Of a stretch of 64,000 nt of DNA, positions 46,485-56,300 are shown piece after piece. The notes beneath the pieces are model-generated. The model did no database searches, was not told the DNA's origin, and saw only the letters and a program-made list of their open reading frames with translations. The DNA comes from Eubacteriales bacterium (GTDB taxonomy: Bacteria; Bacillota; Clostridia; Oscillospirales; CAG-272): contig JAZRFQ010000043.1 of the NCBI GenBank assembly GCA_045643725.1, positions 1,677 through 65,676 on the forward strand, given 5' to 3'. The position numbers and the translations under genes were made by a program. Every line of letters starts with the position of its first letter. The stretch's first letter is position 1.

Positions 46485-47465
46485 TCACTCAAGCTTAACT
46501 CTCGGGTCAACTACAGCGTACATAACGTCTGCAAGCAGAACGCCGATAACGCTGAGAAGCGCGAGGAACATATTGTATCCCATTATGAAGGGGATATCTG
46601 CAACGAGCATCGCGTCAAAGGCCTTGTTACCGATACCGGGAAGACCGAAGACCTGCTCTGTGATGATAGCACCCGAGAAAAGACCGGGAAGAAGTCCCGC
46701 AAGCGAGGTAACGAGAGGGATCATGGTGTTTCTGAAGGCGTGCTTGTAGATAACGACCTTCTCCTTAAGTCCCTTTGCTCTTGCGGTACGGATGTAATCG
46801 GAGTTGAGCACCTCAAGCATATTGGTACGGGTCATTCTCATTCGTCCGCCTATCGAGAGGATAACGACGGTGAGTATGGGAATGAACAGGTGCCACGCCT
46901 GGTCGAGTATCAAAGCGATTCCCGACAGATCCTTTGACGCGTCAATAAGACCCGACGACGGGAAGAGTCCCAGCTGTATCGCAAATACGTTCTTGAGAAG
47001 CTGTCCGAAGAAGAAGGAGGGCAGCGAGATACCTATCATAACAAGAACGGTAACGATGTAATCGCGTACAGAGTACTGATGCGTTGCGGCGGTGACGCCG
47101 AGAGGAATCGCAATCAGGAACTCGAAGATGGTCGCTATGAGAGCTACCGCGAAGGAAACGCCCATAGAATCCTTGATAACGTCGATAACAGGGATCTGAT
47201 ACTTGAAGCTGTTGCCGAAATCAAATCTGACGAGCTTGCCAAGCCAGCCAAGATAACCCTCGAATATGTTGGTGTCGAGGCCGTAGAGCTTCATCATATT
47301 GTCGATCTGCTCCTGGGAGACCTCGGTGCCCGTGGTGGTAAGCGATGCAAGCTTCTGCGTTACGAAGTCGACGGGCATGCATCTGATAAGGGCGTATATG
47401 ATCAGCGATACGCCGAGAAGTATGAATATCGAAAGAGCAAGTCTTTTAACTATATACTTTACCAT
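46485..47465 (-). CDS. Peptide ABC transporter permease (OppB-like)
   Basis: MVKYIVKRLALSIFILLGVSLIIYALI is a typical OppB/DppB start, and YIRTARAKGLKEKVVIYKHAFRN is present. Confidence 0.9.
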   Translation of the reverse strand: MVKYIVKRLALSIFILLGVSLIIYALIRCMPVDFVTQKLASLTTTGTEVSQEQIDNMMKLYGLDTNIFEGYLGWLGKLVRFDFGNSFKYQIPVIDVIKDSMGVSFAVALIATIFEFLIAIPLGVTAATHQYSVRDYIVTVLVMIGISLPSFFFGQLLKNVFAIQLGLFPSSGLIDASKDLSGIALILDQAWHLFIPILTVVILSIGGRMRMTRTNMLEVLNSDYIRTARAKGLKEKVVIYKHAFRNTMIPLVTSLAGLLPGLFSGAIITEQVFGLPGIGNKAFDAMLVADIPFIMGYNMFLALLSVIGVLLADVMYAVVDPRVKLE

Positions 47466-47475
47466 AACGTCCTCC

Positions 47476-50307
47476 TTACCATTTCATTTTTTTGAGAGCG
47501 CGGAAGTCCTCAAGGTCTTCCTCGTCGATCTCGGAGATAGGAATGCGGTAGCCCTGTGCCGCCTTCTTCTTTTTCTTGATTATTACCGTCGATGCCGCAC
47601 CGACTGCTATAACTGCCACGGTGACGAGTGCTATTACCATACCCGTACCCGAATCGGCGGTCGCGGTTGCGCCCGTATTGAGCTTGATCTCCCATATTCT
47701 GTCAAGGGGCGAGGAATAGGGATTGACCTCCTCGGGGAAGGATGCCGGATCAACGACGTTTGCATTGTAGGCGTAGAGCTGCTTTCTCTGGTAAACGGGA
47801 AGCTCAACCGCGAGGTCGAGGACGTAGCCCATCGCCTTTTCATAAAGCGCGGTACGCTCTGCCTGATCGTCGGTCTCACGCGCCTGATCGATGATCTCAC
47901 TCATCTCGTTGAGGATTCTGTTCTCCTCGGCGTAGGCGCTCTCGTTAGCGAGGATCTGGGGATAACCCCAGGCTCTGACGCTCGATGCGTTGGAATTCTT
48001 GTGATATACCTGATACATATCGGGGTCGACCGTAGTTCCCCAAGCCGCCGCCCACACTGCAAGAGAGCCTGTGGAAAGCTTGGTAAGAGCCTGGGTGTCC
48101 GCGATAACCTCGACCTCCCAGCCGCAATCGTTAAGAAGCTTTGCCGCTGTCTGGAATACCTGATAGGTCGGGTGATCGGTGAGGTCGGAGCCTGCGATAG
48201 TAAAGGTGACCTTGAGATCGGCGTCGCTGTAGCCTGTGCCGTGATCGTACGCCTTGCTCATAAGATCCTTGATGTTCTCAATAGCCTTTGCCTCATCGAA
48301 TCTTATATAAGGATAGGTATGACCGTTGGTCTGCTTATTATTGCCGTTCTCATCCTTGGGATATGCCCAGCTTACAGTAGACATAGGCCAGAAGATCTGC
48401 TCTGCCGTACCTGCATCGTAATACTGAAGCGCAAGGCTGGTATCCATCGCCGCCATAATTGCGCGGCGAAGATAGAGGTTGGGAATCTTACCTGCGTTTA
48501 TACCGATATAACCGTAACCGAGCTGGTCAACGGTGATCTGCTCGTAGCCCTTGGACTTGATGGAGTTAAGGATCGATGCGTTGTCCTTGGTGAGCTGGGG
48601 GGTAACGTAGTGAACTGTGCCCGACTGAAGCATATTGAGTGCGTCGTTGGCGGGTACTATCTGATAACGAACCTTCTCGATATTTACGTGATAATCAATA
48701 GTGGAATCCTCAGGAAGACTTGCCTCAAGGCTCTCCTCGAAGTAGGGATTTGCCTTGAAGTAAACAACGTTGGAGTTGAAGAACTCGGTTCCCGATACGT
48801 TATCCTCGTTCTTGTTGTTGGTGGCCATATATGCGCCCGCACCAACGGGAACGGTTACGTTTCTCTGGGACTGAATGACCTTGGTCATAAAGTCGAAGCT
48901 ACCGTAATCAACGCCGAAGTTATCATGCTCGATATCTACGGTATAGCCCTCTGCATAGTAGTGCTGGGGTGCAACCGCAAAGGCGAAGTTCCATATAGCC
49001 TTGGGGTCAACGCCGTTGATGGATATCTCGAGAACGTCGTACTCGCCCTCGTTCTTGGGGGTTCCGTCCTCGTTGTGCTCGTGCGCGACCTTGTAGGTAG
49101 TGCCGTTGATCTCAACGGTCTCAACGTCGGTGGTGTGACCGAGAGACTTGATGCCCGATATATTCTTGATGGTGAGCTCACCGTCAACGATATTCTCCTT
49201 GAGGATGACCTCCTTTGCCTGCGAGGTATAGAGGGTCTGAAGCTCGGATGCCGACACGGAATAGAGGAGGATCGCATCGAGTGCGTTCTCTGCCATATCG
49301 CCGAACACGTAATCTATTGCCGACTGCTTATCCTTAACAACCGAGGGAGTGTACTGAAGGTTGAGGCTCTCGAACTTGGTCTTATCCTCCTTGCCGTTTG
49401 CATCCTTGGCATACTCTACCTCTACGTAGCCCTCAAGGAACATAAAGCAGAACACCTCGTCGTTGAAGTACTCGCTCCACTCATTGTAGGGGGCCTTCGT
49501 AACGTCAAAGTTGCTCTTTGCACTCGAGAAATCTCTCTCGAGCTCCTTATAGAACATATCGAGCGCGCGCTCGTAGTCCTCAATAAGAGTCTCGTAGGTG
49601 ACCGACTCGGGATTCGCCGAAACGGCACTCTTATATCCGTCGGAGAGCGAATGCTTCTTGATCGCCTCGATCATCATGTCGTGATCTGCGCTGAAGACAC
49701 CGTCGGTAGATATAAGCGCGTTATAGATGTTGAGAAGCTCGTTGATACGGGTTCTCGCTCTGCTTGCCGCTACAGATTCGATCGAGCTGTCTGCATCGGT
49801 GGAGTTAGAGCCGAGCTTCTGGGTTCTGTAGTCCTTGAGACCTATGATATCGGTAGAATACATAGTAGACGAGCCCGAATATACAGGGTCAAGGTAAACG
49901 TACATATTGAAGAGGACGTCCTCGATGGTGAGGGGGTGTCCATCGGAATACTTGATGCCGTTTTTAATAACGAAGGTGTAGGTGGTTACGCCCTTCTTGC
50001 CGGAGTTCTCACTCTGCGCGTTCTCGTCGTATCTCGACGCGTAATCGAGGGTAACTACCGCCTCGCCGGGACCGTAGGCCACGGTGGCGTCACCCTTCTC
50101 GTCGATTCCCGAGGTAAGCATTCCGATCTGAGTCATCGAAACGATAGTACCGTCAGATGCACTCGTGGAGAAGAACGGGTTGAAGAGACCGTCAAGGTTG
50201 TCGGTCATAATTACGAACGCCCGATTTCCGCCGCCGCATCCCGAAAGAACCGACGTGATACCGATCAGCATAACGACACACAATATTAGTGATATTATTC
50301 TTTTCAT
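47476..50307 (-). CDS. Family-5 (peptide/nickel type) ABC substrate-binding lipoprotein, oversized, with an additional C-terminal TM anchor
   Basis: The N-terminus has an LSGC lipobox. GYGYIGINAGKIPNLYLRRAIMAAMD is an SBP_bac_5-like motif. The 943-aa protein ends with the TM MVIALVTVAVIAVGAASTVII followed by KKKKK and an acidic tail. Confidence 0.85.
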   Translation of the reverse strand: MKRIISLILCVVMLIGITSVLSGCGGGNRAFVIMTDNLDGLFNPFFSTSASDGTIVSMTQIGMLTSGIDEKGDATVAYGPGEAVVTLDYASRYDENAQSENSGKKGVTTYTFVIKNGIKYSDGHPLTIEDVLFNMYVYLDPVYSGSSTMYSTDIIGLKDYRTQKLGSNSTDADSSIESVAASRARTRINELLNIYNALISTDGVFSADHDMMIEAIKKHSLSDGYKSAVSANPESVTYETLIEDYERALDMFYKELERDFSSAKSNFDVTKAPYNEWSEYFNDEVFCFMFLEGYVEVEYAKDANGKEDKTKFESLNLQYTPSVVKDKQSAIDYVFGDMAENALDAILLYSVSASELQTLYTSQAKEVILKENIVDGELTIKNISGIKSLGHTTDVETVEINGTTYKVAHEHNEDGTPKNEGEYDVLEISINGVDPKAIWNFAFAVAPQHYYAEGYTVDIEHDNFGVDYGSFDFMTKVIQSQRNVTVPVGAGAYMATNNKNEDNVSGTEFFNSNVVYFKANPYFEESLEASLPEDSTIDYHVNIEKVRYQIVPANDALNMLQSGTVHYVTPQLTKDNASILNSIKSKGYEQITVDQLGYGYIGINAGKIPNLYLRRAIMAAMDTSLALQYYDAGTAEQIFWPMSTVSWAYPKDENGNNKQTNGHTYPYIRFDEAKAIENIKDLMSKAYDHGTGYSDADLKVTFTIAGSDLTDHPTYQVFQTAAKLLNDCGWEVEVIADTQALTKLSTGSLAVWAAAWGTTVDPDMYQVYHKNSNASSVRAWGYPQILANESAYAEENRILNEMSEIIDQARETDDQAERTALYEKAMGYVLDLAVELPVYQRKQLYAYNANVVDPASFPEEVNPYSSPLDRIWEIKLNTGATATADSGTGMVIALVTVAVIAVGAASTVIIKKKKKAAQGYRIPISEIDEEDLEDFRALKKMKW

Positions 50308-50333
50308 TATCTGCCTTCTTTCTCTGAACTACT

Positions 50334-53300
50334 TCATCCCGCGGCGCCGGTGACGACGGGCTCTGTGCCGTCGTCATCAGCCTTGGGGCTCTGGGCGATG
50401 ACCGCGTTATCCGCGAGGTCGTCTATATCGGTGACCTCGTTCTGCTCCCACTCGGTGTAGAGCTTGATAACAGGAGTCTTAAGGGTTGCGGTCTCGGGGT
50501 CCACTTCACTCTCGATGGAAGTGCCGCCCGCGAGCTTAATGCCGCTATCAAGGTAGTAAACGCCCTTGAGAGTATAGCCCTCGCGCTCGGGGAAGCTGCC
50601 GTATGCTATGTCCTTGCCATTCTCGGTCTCGGGAATGGTGAGAGAAATTGCGGAAACCGTAGACAGAAGTGTGACTCCGTCCTCTGCATAGATCTCGAAG
50701 GTGCAATAAGGAATCCAAGCGGCGTAAAGCGTAAGCACGCTCTCGTCGGGATCATAGCTCTTACCGGGATCTATTGTGATCTTATCATTCTCGAAGTCCC
50801 ACTTACCATAGTAGGTATATCCCTTTGAGGGATCGCTAGGATCGATGAGCTCGCGCTCTCTGTACCAACCGGCAAAGGTGTGCTCTGCCTTGGTAACCGT
50901 CATAACGTTGTTCTTATCACGTCTTGAATCATCGGGAGCAAGAATGGTGATACCGTTCGCGCCGATCTGCTCGGGCTTATAGAAATCGATGATAGACGAC
51001 TTGCTTCCTCTGAAGGTACCGCCGTTGGAATCGAAGGTCACGCTGACGGTATAGCCTGCATTGACCATATTGTCGAACTTCGACTTGCCTGCGCCGAGTA
51101 TCACGGCTACGATAGCGGCAGCCAGGAGCAATGCGCCCACGGCACCTGTGATGATGTAGAGAAGCTTACGCTTCTTGCGGATAGCATCCTTATCAACGTA
51201 GCCCTCGGTGATGTCCTCGAAGTCGACGGGACTGTCGTAGATCACCTTCTCGAAGGGAGCGTCGTCCTTACACTCCTCATAGGAGTCCTCGGTCGTGGAG
51301 AGGACCTCGTCCTCATACTCTTCGTCCGAGAGCTCGCGCTCCGAGTCATCCGCGCCGCTGTCCTTGTTATCGGAGGCATTGCGGGAGGAATATGCGCCAC
51401 TCTTAACCGATTTGATGAAGTAAATGAGATAAATAATGAGAGCTATGAGGCAAAGTGCGAGAACGATCACCGCGATGATTACCGCGGTAAGTGCCGCTCT
51501 GAGGCCTGCGTCGCCGTTGACCACGGGATCGGTAGGACCTGCGGGCTTATTGCCGCCTGCGAGGTACTCGAGGTCCTCGATCATCTGCTCTGCCTTCTGG
51601 AGGATCTCGTAATTTGTAACGAGGTCTCTCTGTGTGCCGGAGGTGATCTTGTCGTATGCCGCTCTTGCCGCAACGACGATCTCCTTATCCTTGAGAGTTA
51701 CCGTCTCGGGAATGCGGTTGATCGCCTCGATAGCGGCGAGCGTGGTCGAGTCTGCGGCCGCGCCACCAGCAACTGTAAGCACGAAGTACTGATCAAAAAT
51801 GAAGGAATCGTAGCCAACACCGTTGGTAGGTCTTACCATGGTGATGTTCTGATCTACGCGTCCTATGTAATCAGAGAAGTTTGCGCCGTAATAGATAACC
51901 GAAGGAGCTTCGGTAGCGTTCCACATGAAGTAAGGAACGATTTCAAGGCCGGGATAGGTTACGATCTCGCCCGTGAAGGCATCCTGATACTGATAATTGC
52001 CCGTTGCGGGAAGGTTCTCCGCGCTGAGCCAATAGCTGTAATCGTACTCCTCCTCGAGAACGGGAGCATCATAGCTTGCGAAGGATACCATGGCAAGCTT
52101 GTCACAACCGTAGAACGCCTTGTGTCCTATGGATTTAAGAGTAGACGGGAGAACAACGTTGGTTATTTTCGAGCCAATGAATGCCTGCGCGGAAATTCTT
52201 ACCGTTCCCTCGGGAATGGTAATCATAACAGCGTCGCCTGCGTAGGTTATAAGCTCAAGGCCGTTGGGAACTACTCTGTAGAGCATACCGTCGATTACCT
52301 TGACGGCATCGCTGATATCGTAAGTGAGGGTAAGCTTGGTAAACTCCTCCTTGCCAAAGGTCTCGGTCACGGTGGACTCGAAGGCTACGAGCTTACACAT
52401 TGCGAAGGGATTCTCACCGATGTCGGCAAGATTCGCACCGAGTATTACGCTGAAGGGCGTCATCTCCTCCTTCAGGAAGGCGAAGTCGCCGATGCTGATA
52501 GCGCCGGTAAGATCAACCGAGGTCAGAGCCGTGTATGCAAAAGCATAATCGCCAACCACCGAGACGTGCTCGATGTTCTCTACACCGTCGAGCTTCGAGC
52601 AGTAGGAGAATGCACCCTCGCCGATAACGGCACCTGTCTCGCCCAAAATTATCTTTGTGATCTCATCGTTGTAAACGAAGGCGAACTTGCCGATATTCTC
52701 TGCGCTCGAAAGATCGATCTCACCCGCGAGAGCCGTCTCGCAGAAGGCGTTGTCGCCAACTACCTTGATGCCGGAGAGATTGATGTCAGCAAGCTTTTCA
52801 CAGTAGTTGAAGCAACGCTCGGGAATCTCGGTAATAGCCTCGCCGAGCTTGACGGAGGTCAGCTCGCGGCAGAACTCGAATGCGCCGATGCCGATGTGCT
52901 CAACCGACGAAAGATCGATGGAGGTAAGTGCGGGAGCGTAGTATCTGTATACGTACTCTCTGTCGGGACCGATATGAGCCTCGCTCATATTGATATCGCG
53001 GAATTCGTACAGAACGTCGCCCGAGAATGCGCCTGCGCCGATGCTCTTGACCTGCGAGAGATCAATATTCTTCAGCATAGGCGTATTGAAGAATGCGTTG
53101 TCGCCTATCACGGCACCTGCACCGAGAGTTACCGACTCAAGCTCGGCCGCGCCCATAAATGCACCGGAGCCGATATTGACGTCCTCACCTATGATGAGGC
53201 TGTGAAGAGGAGACGTATAGATATAATAGTAGACTTTGAGACCGTCTATACCGACGTAAGAGCCGTGATTCTCGCTGAAGTTGGTCTCTCTGTCGAGTCT

Positions 53301-56300
53301 AAAGGCATCGCTCTCGATTTTGACGTTGTTGCCGATGGTGATCGATGCCAGCGATTTACACTCTCTGAACGCGCCCTGGCCTACGGTCATACCGTCGCGG
53401 ACAACAAGAGAGGTGACGTCGGTGTACGCAAATGCGTATGCGCCGATTCTGTCTATCTTGTCAAGCGAGGGAACGCTCTTAAGCGAGGTTCTGTAGAATG
53501 CGTAATCGCCTATATGAGTAAGAGCACCAAGCTCAACCGACGTGAGTCTCTCGCAATATGCGAAGGCGTAGTCCGAAACTACGGTCACACTCGGGATAAC
53601 GACCTTTGTGATACCGCGGTAGTTGCCGGAAAAGGCACCTGCGCCGATAGTGGTGATCTTCGGATCGTTAACCACGAACTCACCCTTGATACCGGGAGCT
53701 ACGTGAACGAGAGTGTCGCCTGCCTTGTTGGTAATGTATCTACCGTCGGCAGATGCGGAGAGTGTGGGGTTCTCGGGATCTACGACGAAGGTCGTAGCCG
53801 AGCAGTTACTGAAGGCGTACTCGCCGATGACTGCAACGTCACGGCCGAGCGTGATCGTCTTGAGCGAGGTACACTCGTTGAAGGCGGCGGCAGGAATAAC
53901 CGCGGCGTTGATGGAGATCTCCTCAAGCGCGGTACAGCCGTCAAAGGCATACTGACCAAGCTTGATTATGGGAGCGTTGATCGTCACCTTCTTCATAGCG
54001 GTGTTGCCGCTGAAGGCATAAGCGCCAACCGACTGAAGTCCTGCGCCGAGAGTGATGCTCTCAAGCTTCTTATTTCCTGCAAAGGCGCCGTCGGCTATAG
54101 CGACCACGCTATCGAGGGATATATTGCCTCTGAGGGCACAGCCCTCGAAGGCGCTTCTGTTAATGAACTTAACGTTCTCAAGACCCTCTACCGTAGTAAG
54201 CGAGGTACATCCGTAGAACGCGCCGAAGTCGATCCTCTCAAGAGTAGAAGGAAGAACGACCTTGGTAAGCTTAGTAAGGTTTGCAAAGGCGTAGGAATTT
54301 ATCGTCTTTACGCCCTCGGGAATGATGACGGTCTCGATGGTATTCTCACCGATGAACCACTGCTTCGTCTCGGTGGGATCATCCTCGGATATCTCGTCAT
54401 CGGGACCCTTGTCGACGTAGTCGAAGTTCGAGAATGCGAACTGTCCTATATCGGTGATGCCGAGAGTCTTGGGTATCTCGACCACGCCGCCGTTACCGAA
54501 GTAATGGGTGAGCGAGGGACCTGTGGTGATATAGGGATCCTTGATCTCAATGCTGATGGTCTGCGAGTAGTAGGTGCTCTTGCCGTCCATTACGACGTTG
54601 ACGTTCACAGACGCGAAGCCCTCGGCCCACGCCGTGATCACCCACTCGCCGCCAATCTTGTCTACCTTTACGAGATCACTGTTGCTCGACACGGCAACTA
54701 CGTCGGTGATGTCGGGATAGAACTCGGTCAGGCGATAACGGAGAGTTACCGACTCGGAGGGATACATCGAAAGGAAGTATCCTTCGGTAAACTTCATCTC
54801 GTCGCCGGCACTACCGATCTCTCTCTCCTCGGTGGAGAGGAAATAGAAGGCCTTGTTGGTCATGTAGCCCGTCAGAGCGAAGTCGTCGGTGACAGGCTTA
54901 TCGTACTTGCGATAGCCCTCGTCATCCGGGCCGAGAACCGTGAGGTTCATCGTGACCTGCTTGTTCGTTGCGGGATCTCTCGCGATGATTACCGTCTCGC
55001 CGGGAGCGTCGGTAACGATCTTGTTGCCAACGATGCGGGCAACCTTCTTATTAGTAGAAACGTAATCAAGAAGCTCAGTCCACTCTGTGCCGGGGTAGGA
55101 CATGGGTCTGAGAGTGTATACCTGGTTGGGACTCAGGGTGAGCGACTCCTCCTCAAAGTAGAAGGAATCGAAGTCGTCGGGAAGCTGAATCTCGTAGGTT
55201 GCGGTGTTAAGAGCGTAGTCGTAGGTCGCAACCGTGAAGGAGTTCTTGTTTACGGCACCGCGCTTGATGTCGTCAACGTAATCGGTAAGCTCGTAAACGA
55301 CGTAGGTGGTGGAGTTCTTCTCGGAATAGATGGGAGTCAGGTACTGATCGAAGGTCTCGAGCATATATCCGTCGGAGCTATTCTTAACGTATCCTACCTG
55401 AAGCGCCATCGAATAGTGGTTATCGTAAACCGCGACCTTTGCAAACAGACGGGTACGGTTGTTGGTGCGGTCGTACTCGGTGTAGAACTCACAGTCGGTA
55501 ACTGCAGGAGCCTGGAAGTCGGCGGTAAGGGGGAACTCAAAGGTATTCTTGAGGTTGGTATCAACTCCGCCGTCGCCGTAATCGAGGTAAGCCTGGAGCT
55601 TAACGGTGTAGGTGGTGTTGTTCTTGAGGTTATGCTCGTATGCGTCGAAGCCGATCTCGACGTCTGCGGGATAGATAGATCCGCCGTCACCGTAGGACTT
55701 ACGGATATCGGTATCAACCTTACTGAATACCACCTCTCCGGTAGCATCGTCGGTAATGGTGATCTCTATCTTCGCACAGTTACGAAGAAGACCCGCCCAG
55801 ACGTTACTGAGCTCGTGTACAGTTCCCTCCTGATTGGAGAGCGAGATGTACTTACGATCTGCCGCGATCTGAGTGGTGGTGGGATTCTGAACGAAGTAGA
55901 AGGATCCAAGATAGCTTACGTAGTCGCTCTGAACGCTACCGATAGGACGGCTGGCGTAAGCATCGGGAAGAGTCTTGTCAAGAAGGTCGATGGAGTCGTC
56001 AAGCTCGTCCTTGCTGGTCTCGAAGTAATCGAGGTCGAAGATGGGAGCCTGAGTCCAGTCGCCGTAGAATGCAAGATAAGGAACGCTGAGGTCAACAACG
56101 CTCTCCTCAGCGGCGTCGAGGACTATGAAGCCCTCTACGTACATACCGTTGGCGAAGGAATCGTCAAGGTACTTCTTGTCTGCATCGCTGAGAGTGATGG
56201 TAACCGTCACGTTTGCGGTCGCACCTGCGCCGACGGTAATGTTCATACCGTTCTGCTCTGCGCCCGAGATAGAGGTGATCTCTACCTTTGCGCCGCCGAG

